The notes under the pieces were generated by a model. It did no database searches. It was not told where the DNA came from and worked only from the letters and a program-made list of their open reading frames with translations. 64,000 nucleotides of DNA from an uncultured delta proteobacterium (GTDB taxonomy: Bacteria; Desulfobacterota; Binatia; UBA9968), in assembly GCA_963760795.1 (NCBI GenBank), contig CAVXEP010000005.1, positions 98,609 to 162,608 on the forward strand. Direction: 5' to 3'. The translations under genes and the position numbers were made by a program. Below are positions 1-9,367 of this stretch, piece after piece (position 1 is the stretch's first letter; each line of letters opens with the position of its first letter).

Positions 1-223
1 CCTAGCATGGGGAACTCCATCGGCGGCGTGTTGCAGCGACCGCTACTCATGCCACGGGTCGATGACTGGACGCAGTTCGCGCACTTCGGCCAGGCGCTTA
101 TTTTAGCTGAGCTAACGCTGGGATGGGTTGGGACAAACCTTGCAATTATCCTGTTGGGACCGCTTAGGGGTGCTATACACTTCGACATGTCTGCGCGTCA
201 GGAGCTGGTGATGAACTGGTTGA

Positions 224-742
224 ATCAGAGATCGCGCAAATAGCGGTAGGTTTGCCTTTTCTCATCTCTATACTGCAATTGGCCGGAAGGAGTATCAGGA
301 ATTTCTTGGCCTGACCGATGGCTGGTCAGACAAACCTCCGCTAAAACCGATCAAAGATGATTATGTAGCGAAACTTGGCGAAACCTTGGGTTATATCTAC
401 GGTGTAAAAAGCGATGATCGAGCAGCCTTGGTTCGCTCACAAAACCCCGACCTCAAACATCTAGGAGAAGCGCTCGTCAGCAAAACGGCGAGGCGGATTC
501 TGCAAAACCGAGGAACTCTCGACGATGCACTGGATGAACTTAAAGACCCGAGCGACGCCTTTCAGGATTCACTTATCGCAGTTAATCTAAGGCTCAAAAG
601 GGCGATCAACTTAATGCCGAAATACCAAGGAGGAAAGCCAGCGGTAGACAACCTTATCGAGGAAATATTCGAACAAGCCGACACGTTGCAGACTATCAAC
701 AGAAAGAAACAAAGCCGAAGTCGGCACTCAGATGGCGCTTAA
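224..742 (+). pseudogene. 5'-truncated gene; C-terminal part of a probable ParB/Srx-like-domain protein heading a methyltransferase operon
   Basis: Frame is open from 224 (after TGA 221-223): IRDRANSGRFAFSHLYTAIGRKEYQEFLGL...SQNPDL. I recall this C-terminal motif from ParB-N-domain proteins in such operons. No usable start before TTG 386. Overlaps the next gene by 11 nt. Confidence 0.5.
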
Positions 743-1784
743 TGTCCCGCCTCTTAAGGCTTCCACTGCGACTGTCGCCGACTGGGTTGAACTAGCAACA
801 CTAGCCAACCCAGGAGGATCCTACGCGCTTTCACGTCTCAAAAGATTCTGGGACACCCATCGGGAGTCCGAGGATACTGATCCTGAAGGGCAATCTAGAC
901 GTGAGGATAATACTGACGATCAGGGTGTGGGCGGTCACGACGAAGATGCGTTTCTAGACGCCATTACCGATGAACTAGCTGAGCGGTATGAATCACTCAA
1001 GGACTCCTACCCTTTTGAAATTCCTGATAACGGCCTTCGGCTCACATTGCATAATGAACTGAATCCCGGGCAATGCATTTACTTGTTTTGTCTCTTGCTA
1101 TCCAACTGCCAAAAAGGGGATGTCTTAGACGGAACCTGGATACCCCCCATTGATCACCGCATACGCGATCTCTTCCAAGCTTGTTCGACTGTTGCCGCCG
1201 CTGGTGAAGTAAATGGGTGTGCAATTTCGTTTGGATGGCCTCGCCCGCACGGCAATCCCGGACTTCTAAATAAACTCCAAGAGGTTTACAAACTTTTCGG
1301 AGAAGGTAAGCCCCGGCTTGAGCCACTGGCAGGGGCGCCCAAAATGGTTAAGGACGAGGCCATTGATGTTATTGCCTGGAAGCCTACAAAGGATCGCGCA
1401 GCTGGGACATACTATTTGCTAGGTCAAGTAGCATCTGGAGACAATTGGGAATGCAAAAGCATAAAAGGTGGCCCTATAAATTATTTTCATCGGACATGGT
1501 TCGACCCGCCACCGGCATCCGAGGCAATCGCCTCAATTTTCATACCTCACATTGTGCCCCCAGGTGACGGCGGAACGCGAAAGGATAAGATGGACCTATG
1601 GACGGCAAAATATGGAACGATCCTATATCGCCTCCGCATACCCGCACTTGTAATGGAGGGGATTGCGTTCGCTAAGCAAAATTCTGCCTGGTTGATCGAG
1701 CGAGTTGGAGATATCAAAGACATCGAGACCTGGGTTACAGAGCAAGTCAACTCTTTACGGCACGCCTCCGAAAACAGGAATTGA
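732..1784 (+). CDS. Hypothetical protein with PD-(D/E)xK restriction-endonuclease-like C-terminal domain
   Basis: 350 aa. Motif KDEAIDVIAWKP...YYLLGQVASGDNW resembles a D..D...Q nuclease signature. Its stop overlaps the methylase start (TGATG at 1782-1786). Confidence 0.6.
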   Translation: MALNVPPLKASTATVADWVELATLANPGGSYALSRLKRFWDTHRESEDTDPEGQSRREDNTDDQGVGGHDEDAFLDAITDELAERYESLKDSYPFEIPDNGLRLTLHNELNPGQCIYLFCLLLSNCQKGDVLDGTWIPPIDHRIRDLFQACSTVAAAGEVNGCAISFGWPRPHGNPGLLNKLQEVYKLFGEGKPRLEPLAGAPKMVKDEAIDVIAWKPTKDRAAGTYYLLGQVASGDNWECKSIKGGPINYFHRTWFDPPPASEAIASIFIPHIVPPGDGGTRKDKMDLWTAKYGTILYRLRIPALVMEGIAFAKQNSAWLIERVGDIKDIETWVTEQVNSLRHASENRN

Positions 1785-2689
1785 TGATAAATCCTCTTCG
1801 TTACCCAGGCGGGAAGGCCGACTTCCTAGGCACCTTCCACAGAATACTGACTGATTCGGAATATGACGGTCTTCCGTTCGTCGAGCCGTATGCGGGAAGT
1901 GCAGCAATATCCCTTGGTCTGCTTGAGCTAGGTGCGATACCAAGTGTTACACTCATTGAACGCGACCCGTTAATCTTCTCATTTTGGACTTGCGTGTTTG
2001 AGCGTCCGGAACAGCTGGTCAATAGATATCTTGACTTATCAATATCGCTTGAGACGTGGAAAGAATTTCAGCCGCTCTTAGAAGTTGAAAAGCCGAACTC
2101 GCGAAATCTTATGGACCTTGCGATTGCTGGGCTCTTCTTCAATCGCGCAAACTTTTCTGGAATCATGCACGGTGGTCCCATCGGTGGAGCGTCACAATCG
2201 TCAAAGTACAAAATTGATTGCAGAACAAATAAAGCAGAAATCATAACAAGAATTGCTCTAATCTCTGAACTTGCTCCGCTTGTATCGGTCAAATTTGGGG
2301 ACGGACTTGCCCAGATAAAGAGAGATGCTCGACGAACTAACGTCTTCTATTACATCGATCCACCTTACTTTCTCATGGGTGAGCGATTATACCGACATTA
2401 TTTCTCTCACAAAGATCATAAAAAGTTAGCAGAAGCTCTCAATCGGGTTCGCTTCCCTTGGGTACTGAGTTACGACAACCATCATGTGATCGAATTTCTA
2501 TATGAGGATTATCCCGTAAGAAGACATAGTTTTCTCTATAGCGCAAAGGGCAGCAAGCGCTACAGTGAACTGGTGATCGCAAATTTTGATCTCCCAGAAC
2601 ATTTGACTACTCCGTCCATTAACGGCAACAAACCACTGGGGTTAATAGCAACGGCCAAACGAACGATCAAACATGCTGAACTCACGTGA
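1784..2689 (+). CDS. DNA N6-adenine methyltransferase (D12/Dam class)
   Basis: RYPGGK, EPYAGSA (SAM-binding), FFNRANFSG and catalytic DPPY. ATG at 1784 is coupled to the upstream stop (ORF track starts at TTG 1781). Confidence 0.93.
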   Translation: MINPLRYPGGKADFLGTFHRILTDSEYDGLPFVEPYAGSAAISLGLLELGAIPSVTLIERDPLIFSFWTCVFERPEQLVNRYLDLSISLETWKEFQPLLEVEKPNSRNLMDLAIAGLFFNRANFSGIMHGGPIGGASQSSKYKIDCRTNKAEIITRIALISELAPLVSVKFGDGLAQIKRDARRTNVFYYIDPPYFLMGERLYRHYFSHKDHKKLAEALNRVRFPWVLSYDNHHVIEFLYEDYPVRRHSFLYSAKGSKRYSELVIANFDLPEHLTTPSINGNKPLGLIATAKRTIKHAELT

Positions 2690-2961
2690 TTCTGCTAACG
2701 GGAGAATCTAACTTGCAAAATGTAAATTTCTCAGCTCGCTTGGGAGGTTCTTGGTGATCTAATCGAGCAATTAGGGCCGCGCTGAATATTGCTTATTTCC
2801 TTTTGGATCATCGGACGGCCGGAGTAGACTTCGTTTAATGCAGCAAGTTGCAAGGTCAGGTCTTGTATCGATACTTTCGGATCATTTTCACGTTGCTATA
2901 GTCAGAAAACCCGCCAGGCACATTTTTGGGTGTACCCCCTCAAAGTTTGTCGACGGTAGAA

Positions 2962-3690
2962 TTACACTTTCTCAAAGGGCGGCACAGGCGGCCAGTTGGC
3001 AACTAAAGTGCCATAACCCGGTATCCTATAGCTGAGACCGAGCTGCGAGAGGATATCCCACATCCGCGCCAGGCTGCTGGCGACTATCGGCACCCGGAGC
3101 TCGGTTTCGAGCTGGTCCAAAATCGGCAATGGATCGAGCAAGGCGCCTTGGAAATAAATCGCGTCGACCCCTGGGTGCGCCGCGAATGTTTGGCGCGTCA
3201 TCTGCGCGACCTCCTGCGGCGTGAGCTTGAGCGCGTCGGTGTGTTTGCGCAAGGTCTGCGGTGGATAAACTGCGGCGAAACCAAACCCGGCAAGATAATC
3301 TCGGTACAGCTCTTTGAGCTTGTCGTCGACCGGGGTCATCAGCAAGATCCGCCCGGCGCCGAGCGCTCTGAGGGCGAGGGCCGACGAGCGCAGCGCCGTG
3401 GCCACCGGCACTTTGATCTCGACACAGAGGCGCTCCCACATGCCGGGATTGAGAACTTCTTTGGGCCCGCCGCTGATCACCAGGCCGTCCCATTTATGGC
3501 GCTCGATCAACTCATTGGCCTGGCGAATCAATCCCTCGGTTTTGCCTTGTACATCCCAAAGGGAAGTCCCCGCATCGGTCTCCTGCACGAAGGTAAACTC
3601 GATGTCCTGGGGCACGCAGGCGCGGAAGCTGTCGAGATGCGGGCTCGACGATGCCGTGGAGCCGAGAACACCGATTTTTACACGATCCAT
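2962..3690 (-). CDS. Asp/Glu racemase-superfamily protein (maleate isomerase / arylmalonate decarboxylase-like)
   Basis: 242 aa with ALRALGAGRILLMTP, DAIYFQG and LETELRVPIVASS...IPGYGTL, typical of this family. The catalytic Cys positions are not Cys. Confidence 0.8.
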   Translation of the reverse strand: MDRVKIGVLGSTASSSPHLDSFRACVPQDIEFTFVQETDAGTSLWDVQGKTEGLIRQANELIERHKWDGLVISGGPKEVLNPGMWERLCVEIKVPVATALRSSALALRALGAGRILLMTPVDDKLKELYRDYLAGFGFAAVYPPQTLRKHTDALKLTPQEVAQMTRQTFAAHPGVDAIYFQGALLDPLPILDQLETELRVPIVASSLARMWDILSQLGLSYRIPGYGTLVANWPPVPPFEKV

Positions 3691-3725
3691 TTTGCCCTCG
3701 CTTTAAATGACATAAGTATTTTCGC

Positions 3726-3747
3726 GGGCGGGGATTTAACCCCGCCC
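3726..3747. repeat. REP-like palindrome
   Basis: GGGCGGGG-ATTTAA-CCCCGCCC, related to the palindromes at 29043 and 43444. Confidence 0.6.
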
Positions 3748-3874
3748 TTGACCAACGGGGATGTTCACCCCCTTTGGAAACCCCATTTAGCTGTGCCCGC
3801 CTCATGAGGCGGGGTTAATGACATGAAAGTCCGCGCAGCTCCGGCGCTGGCGCCGTCAAACCACCGAGCCGGTT

Positions 3875-4957
3875 TTAGTTCGAACGCAAGATTCTTTTGA
3901 TCTGCTCGATGACCGCCGGCGGTTGCTCCACCACCCGGCGCGCCAGTTCCTGGAGATCCTCCCCTAGGACGGGATCAAGCTCCCACTGCGCTTTTTGAGC
4001 TTCGGCCAACAGCTCCGGATCTCTCAGGGCTTTTGCATAAGCTTGGCGTAAGAGCTTCACCCGATCCGGCGGCGTGGCGGCAGGCGCCATCATCGGATGA
4101 CCGAACTCTTCGGCAGCTGTGAGCACCTGCGCCAAACGGCGATTGGCGTCGCTGGTGGCGTAACGGTCCATGAGCTCGAAGATCGTCGGCGTTTCGGGGG
4201 CGCTGCGATCGCGTTTCCGACCGGTTTGAAGAATATGCCGGTCGAAGCCTTTTGCATGCCAGTCGATAAAGGGCTCCCGATTGGTGTGAGCAGCGATACC
4301 GATAAAGCGACAGATCACCTCTCCTCGCTCCACCGCCAGATCGACCTGTCTGGCCTCGGAGTAGCCGGTCACCACGTCCAGTTTTGCGCCGAGAATTTCT
4401 TCCAGAGCCAGAACAAAGCTGGCGCCCTCCAACCCCGTGCTGCCGCACTTGGGGGGAATCTTGGCTTTGATGATATCTTCAATGGACTTGTAAGGGGAGT
4501 CGGCCCGAATGTAGAGAACCGATGGATTACGATCAGGAGAGCCAAGCCAGTGAAATTTGCGCAAGTCGAATTTAACTTCCTTGTTGCCCAACAGTTGCGC
4601 CATATAAACACGCTGGTTTGGCATGCCCAGGGTCAGCCCGTCGGGCTTCGCCACCTGAGCCATGTAATTAGTGGCGACCACTGATCCAGCGCCGGGGATG
4701 ACCTGCAAGATAAAGTTGGGATGGCCGGGGATGTATTTCGGCAGATGGCGCGTCAGCAGCCGGCCCAAGAAATTGTAGCCGCCCACCGGATCGAAGGTAA
4801 TGATGCGAACAGTTTTGCTCTCATAGAAAGCGTTCGTCTGCGCGCCTGCGTAACCGGCGCCAATTTGAACGGTCTGCAAGAGACGAGAAGAGGAATCAAA
4901 GCCAGGATGTGCCATCGCGCACATGAGAACGGCGAAAAGAAAAATTCTTAATTTCAT
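3875..4957 (-). CDS. Tripartite tricarboxylate transporter substrate-binding protein (Bug/TctC family)
   Basis: Signal peptide; PVGGY, IPGAGS, KPDGLT and AVERGEV motifs. Start set at MKLRIF (4957). Confidence 0.88.
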   Translation of the reverse strand: MKLRIFLFAVLMCAMAHPGFDSSSRLLQTVQIGAGYAGAQTNAFYESKTVRIITFDPVGGYNFLGRLLTRHLPKYIPGHPNFILQVIPGAGSVVATNYMAQVAKPDGLTLGMPNQRVYMAQLLGNKEVKFDLRKFHWLGSPDRNPSVLYIRADSPYKSIEDIIKAKIPPKCGSTGLEGASFVLALEEILGAKLDVVTGYSEARQVDLAVERGEVICRFIGIAAHTNREPFIDWHAKGFDRHILQTGRKRDRSAPETPTIFELMDRYATSDANRRLAQVLTAAEEFGHPMMAPAATPPDRVKLLRQAYAKALRDPELLAEAQKAQWELDPVLGEDLQELARRVVEQPPAVIEQIKRILRSN

Positions 4958-5088
4958 AGGGGTCGTATGTTGGTGAGGTGCCTGGGTTGTCCTTTTTCCT
5001 TTGGGATTATCTCGCAGCCGGAGCAAATTGATTCAAGAGCTATCAAGGAAGAAAAATGAAACTGCGCCTCTTCCCTAAACATCGCCGG

Positions 5089-5605
5089 CTACCACCCTTC
5101 CGTCCCCGGCTCTCCTTTCCACGGACCGACAATCTCTTTGGTTATCCAACCGCCATAGAAATAACCTGGCTGCGGGCGCACGCGCTCGCCATCGACGAAA
5201 CAGTCGACGCGACCGGGATAGAAGGAAAAGTAATTGGCAATCGCGCCGTATGGCGCTTGCGCCCTCGGATAACTCCAGGCGATCGCTTCTCGTGGCGATA
5301 TCAACGTTTCCAATGTCCAGTACTTGCGCCGCGCCTTTCCATTCGCAAATCGACGTGCCGGGAAACGGCTTCAGCAGTTCCGCGTGGACATCGTGCGGTG
5401 GAATGTAGAAAGTCGGCGGTCCCGCGGTTTCGAGGACGCGATAGGATTCACGCGAGTCGGCGATCAGCAGGTCGCCGCGTTGCACGACGATGCGCCGATG
5501 GTCTGCAACCAGTTTTGGCGGCCGCGGATAATCCCACACGGACTCCTGTCCGGGTCCCGGGGTTTCGGCGAAAGGCGGCCGTTTATGGCCGGTATATTGC
5601 CACAT
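5089..5605 (-). pseudogene. DUF427 family protein, frameshifted copy
   Basis: QESVWDYPRPP, VLETAGPP and CEWKG motifs. One extra base near 5324 (caagtac vs caatat in the intact copy). The C-terminus (AWSYP...YGGW) lies in ORF 5089-5313. Confidence 0.85.
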
Positions 5606-5673
5606 GTTTTTTGTTTAGCCGGTCAACCCAAGCGCCCTCCCGAGCCGCAACCGCGAACGCATAGTTAGTTTGC

Positions 5674-5702
5674 TTGACGGCATTCCTAGTCTTCAATAAA
5701 CT
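5674..5702 (+). promoter_or_regulatory. Putative sigma70 promoter
   Basis: TTGACG-N17-TAAACT, conserved in the second copy at 8862-8890. Confidence 0.6.
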
Positions 5703-5809
5703 CCACGAATGTTTCAACCGTTGGGAATATTCCGACTAATTCCGGAGTTTGTCTATCGGCCCAGAGCGACACGGCGATCTCTGGGTAATGCGTTTGGCGG
5801 AGAGGGTTC

Positions 5810-6136
5810 ATGAGAGATGCCGGTTTGCCCATCACTCTGATTGTCATCGGCAGCGCGTGGTTGCTCTGGTACTATAGGTTGTTTCCCGACATCGATTGGA
5901 TCATCGCCGCGGGGCTTGTCCTGGGCGGCATCGCGATTTTGTTCATGGATGGAATCACCAAGAACTCGGTGGTCACTGGGCCGATTCTCATCGCCAGTGG
6001 CATCGCCTGGACGCTCCATGATCGGTGGCATGTGACTTGGTTCGTGATATTGCCAACGCTACTTGTTTTGCTCGGGGTGCTTATGCTTATCGCCCGTCGA
6101 GACAACATCCCGGAACGGCGAGTGCGCCAAACATAG
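5810..6136 (+). CDS. Small four-TM membrane protein (copy 1)
   Basis: 108 aa, hydrophobic, with a near-identical paralog at 9000-9326. Confidence 0.8.
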   Translation: MRDAGLPITLIVIGSAWLLWYYRLFPDIDWIIAAGLVLGGIAILFMDGITKNSVVTGPILIASGIAWTLHDRWHVTWFVILPTLLVLLGVLMLIARRDNIPERRVRQT

Positions 6137-6357
6137 ATCCCCCGACAGGCGGGATTATGGGTCAGCAGTAGTTTGGTCGATGGAGTCTGCTCGCCTGTTT
6201 TTAGCAGAGGGCAGCAGGGTCAGGTCAGCAAAGCAGCGTTTAAGTGTGATAACAGCAGAGTCCCTTCGGAGGGCTCTGCGTTATCACTACACCCGACCAT
6301 AATCCTGACGAACAACACGGGGAACGTACTTTGGAACGGGATGTTAAACCGTTCTAT

Positions 6358-6732
6358 TTACTTCGCCGTCGGGATACGCAGTTTCTGTCCGGGATGGATC
6401 AGATCCGGATTTTTAATCTGATCACGATTCGCTTCAAAGATCTTTTGCCACGTCACGCCCTTATATTGTGTCGCGATTTTGCTGAGCGAATCACCGGGGG
6501 CAACGGTGTAAAAAACTTCGCTTCCGGCGGCGACTTCGAGGTTCAAGACGACGTCGCCGGAGCGCATATCCGGATCCAGTCGATTATATTCATCCCATAG
6601 TAGTTGTTTAACGGCTTCGCTGGGCGCTGTGCCGTGGATGTGAAGCACGTTGTCCTGTTCCTGGATGTTCAAATCGGCAACTCCACTGTCTTCGGCCATG
6701 GCGATTAACGATTGGTACTTGTCTCTCAGCAT
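6358..6732 (-). CDS. LysM peptidoglycan-binding protein (Kbp/YgaU-like)
   Basis: C-terminal LysM YTVAPGDSLSKIA...IFEANRDQIKNPDLIHPGQKLRIP. Confidence 0.9.
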   Translation of the reverse strand: MLRDKYQSLIAMAEDSGVADLNIQEQDNVLHIHGTAPSEAVKQLLWDEYNRLDPDMRSGDVVLNLEVAAGSEVFYTVAPGDSLSKIATQYKGVTWQKIFEANRDQIKNPDLIHPGQKLRIPTAK

Positions 6733-6743
6733 GGGACACCTCC

Positions 6744-7244
6744 CTACTTGATAGTGAGTTGGTTAACAACTTTCTTCGGGTTGGCCTCGTTGGCCGCCTT
6801 CATAGCATCCTGCAATTTCGCCCGGGGAATCTCGCCAGTCAGTGTCACTTGGCCGTCCGCTACATTTGCGGTTACGCCTTTCACGTCGTATTTGGCCAGG
6901 CCCGCCTCAACCGCGCTCTTTATCTTCGGGTCCTCGGAAACAACGATCGGCGGCTTGACACTCAAGTTATTGACCACCGACTTGACATTGGCGACGCCCT
7001 TTGCGGCTTGCTCCGCTTGACTCTTCGCCGCGTCGTTATCCACGGTGCCCGTCAGAGTCACGACGCCCTCCTTAGTCTCCACATTGACCATGGAAGCCAA
7101 GGCCGGGCTCTGCACCGCCATTTGCGCTTTCACGCTGGTCGTCAACGCCGCGTCGTCGGGGCCTTTTTGACAAGCTCCCAATAGAGCTACCACGCAAAAA
7201 ACCAGGGCTGCCGTAATCAATTGCGACGACTTTTTATCTTGCAT
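6744..7244 (-). CDS. Dual BON-domain lipoprotein
   Basis: Lipobox LLGAC and two BON repeats (GVVTLTG, GQVTLTG). Confidence 0.9.
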   Translation of the reverse strand: MQDKKSSQLITAALVFCVVALLGACQKGPDDAALTTSVKAQMAVQSPALASMVNVETKEGVVTLTGTVDNDAAKSQAEQAAKGVANVKSVVNNLSVKPPIVVSEDPKIKSAVEAGLAKYDVKGVTANVADGQVTLTGEIPRAKLQDAMKAANEANPKKVVNQLTIK

Positions 7245-7721
7245 AGTCTAACCTCCTTTGCCTTGAGAGAAACGCCCATTCAAGACGCAGGCAATCACCC
7301 TACCATGTGAAGCTTTTTGGCGACAAGCCCATTCGCCATAAAACTCCAGCCGACCGGAAATCAAGCCTCCATTCATAATGGCAAGATATCAAGCACGATA
7401 TTGGCGAATCCGTGAAGTTGTCCGGGGTACGAATCCACAGACCATTTTCGGCATTTCGCGAGCCGCGGGTCAAGAAGAGTAGCTCCGCAATTCACACCGC
7501 AAAAAGAATTGTTTGGCGATCACAAACGTCCGCCGTTAACAAAAGCCATTAACTCCAAGAAACGCCTTGCCCCCAATAAATAGTTGCTGATAGAGTCGGG
7601 GCTCGGCAACTTGCGTTCTATCGGCGCTGGCAAATAGCGAGCTGCTCAAATAGCGGTTGGAATTTAGGCGCGGTGAGATACATCACGCGCGAGAACTCCG
7701 TAAACAGCAAAGGAGACGATC

Positions 7722-7982
7722 ATGCTTGGTTTCTTGATGACCGTTATTATCGGATTTGTCGTCGGCGTGATTGCGAAGCTCATCATGCCAGGCAAGGAGA
7801 ACATGGGATTTATTGTGACGACCTTGCTCGGGATTGCCGGTGCCATCGCCGCGACCTATGCCGGTCAGGCCCTCGGTTGGTATGATGCTAGCCAGGGCGC
7901 CGGTTGGATCGGCTCGATTGTCGGCGCGTTTCTGTTGCTATGGATCTACAAGAAGTTCCAGTCCCGTAGCACAGCGGCGTAA
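7722..7982 (+). CDS. GlsB/YeaQ/YmgE family stress-response membrane protein
   Basis: IIGFVVGVIAKLIMPG...LLGIAGA...GWIGSIVGA; RBS AAGGAG. Confidence 0.9.
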   Translation: MLGFLMTVIIGFVVGVIAKLIMPGKENMGFIVTTLLGIAGAIAATYAGQALGWYDASQGAGWIGSIVGAFLLLWIYKKFQSRSTAA

Positions 7983-8135
7983 TCATTCACTTCGGGCAAC
8001 TGGCGGGGGCAACTGCGGTTGTGCCTGAGTATTGACTTACGTCCTTATGGATTATGGCACGGCCGGAGTTGAATAAGATCGAAAGCTGTCAAGGAAGAAA
8101 AAGGCAACTGCACCTTCTTCCCTAAACATCGCCGG

Positions 8136-8651
8136 CTACCATCCATCCGTCCCAGGATCCCCTTTCCATGGACCGACAATTTCATTGGTTATCCAACCGC
8201 CATAGAAATAACCCGGCTGCGGGCGCACGCGCTCGCCATCGACGAAACACTCGACGCGACCGGGATAGAAGGAAAAGTAATTGGCAATCGCGCCGTATGG
8301 GTCGTGCGCCGTAGGATAGCTCCAGGCGATGGCTTGCCGCGGCGCTGTCGGAGTTGCGAATGTCCAATATTGCGCCGCGCCTTTCCATTCGCAAATCGAC
8401 GTGGCGGGAAACGGCTTCAGCAGTTCCGCGTGAACATCGTGCGGTGGAATGTAGAAGGTTGGCGGTCCCGCGGTCTCGAGGACGCGATAGGTTTCACGCG
8501 AGTCAGCGATGAGCAGGTCGCCGCGTTGGATGACGATGCGCCGATGGTCCGCAACTAGTTTGGGCGGTCGAGGATAATCCCAGACGGACTCCTGTCCGGG
8601 CGCCGGTGTTTCGGCAAATGGCGGCCGCTTATCGCCGGTATATTCCCACAT
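8136..8651 (-). CDS. DUF427 family protein (intact copy)
   Basis: 171 aa; ESVWDYPRPP, CEWKG, AWSYP and YGGWIT motifs. Confidence 0.9.
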   Translation of the reverse strand: MWEYTGDKRPPFAETPAPGQESVWDYPRPPKLVADHRRIVIQRGDLLIADSRETYRVLETAGPPTFYIPPHDVHAELLKPFPATSICEWKGAAQYWTFATPTAPRQAIAWSYPTAHDPYGAIANYFSFYPGRVECFVDGERVRPQPGYFYGGWITNEIVGPWKGDPGTDGW

Positions 8652-8861
8652 GCTTTTTTGCTTGGTCGGTTAACCCAGCCACCCTCACAAGCCGCAACCG
8701 CGAACACATATTTACTTTGAGATTCAGCAGTGACGGCGCGCGCCTGTTCTACTCTCCTGACCTAACTCAATGACCGATATAGTCAAGTGTCGCCTGCCAT
8801 GATCCGCAGATGATTCTGTGCCAGGACTTGCTCATGAACCACTACCCCATTTTTCCTTTGC

Positions 8862-8890
8862 TTGACCGCATTCCCAGTCTTTAATAAACT
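8862..8890 (+). promoter_or_regulatory. Putative sigma70 promoter (copy 2)
   Basis: TTGACC-N17-TAAACT. Confidence 0.6.
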
Positions 8891-8999
8891 CCGCGAATGT
8901 TTCGACCGTTGCGAATATTCCTATGAACTCCGGTATTTTTCGATCGGCCCAGTTAGCGACACGGCGATTTCTGGGTCAAGTATTTGGCGGGGAGGATTC

Positions 9000-9326
9000 A
9001 TGAGAGATGCCGGTTTGCCCATTACTCTGATTGTCATCGGCAGCGCGTGGTTGCTCTGGTACTACAGATTGTTTCCCGACATCGATTGGGTTATCGCCGC
9101 GGGTCTTGTCCTGGGCGGCATCGCGATTTTGGTCATGGACGGAATCACCAAGAACTCGGTGGTCACTGGGCCGATTCTCATCGCCAGTGGTATCGCCTGG
9201 GCGCTCCATGACCGGTGGCATGCGACCTGGTTCGTGTTATTGCCAATCCTACTTGTCTTGCTCGGGGTGCTCATGCTTATCGCCCGTCGAGAAAATATCC
9301 CGGAGCGGCGAGTGCGCCAAACCTAG
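9000..9326 (+). CDS. Small four-TM membrane protein (copy 2)
   Basis: ATG 9000 follows a GGAGG RBS; paralog of 5810-6136. Confidence 0.8.
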   Translation: MRDAGLPITLIVIGSAWLLWYYRLFPDIDWVIAAGLVLGGIAILVMDGITKNSVVTGPILIASGIAWALHDRWHATWFVLLPILLVLLGVLMLIARRENIPERRVRQT

Positions 9327-9367
9327 CTCCCCGACGGGCGCTCTGCTAAAGTATTTTCGCGCGCTTC

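Larger units (their letters stand above)
5038..6150. repeat. Copy 1 of a ~1.1-kb diverged direct duplication (DUF427 gene + promoter + membrane protein gene)
   Basis: Aligns by eye with 8084-9340, from gct(a/g)tcaaggaagaaaaa to just past the membrane-protein stop codon. Confidence 0.92.
8084..9340. repeat. Copy 2 of the direct duplication, with an extra 141 bp at 8720-8860
   Basis: Homologous to 5038-6150. The extra segment is bounded by CTTTG (8715-8719 and 8856-8860). Confidence 0.9.

Noticed and set aside
7-243. 78-aa ORF at the window start
   Set aside because: No recognisable motifs, and it overlaps the better-supported frame starting at 224.
5038-9340. Composite transposon reading of the direct repeats
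   Set aside because: The repeats encode DUF427 and a membrane protein, with no transposase or terminal inverted repeats.
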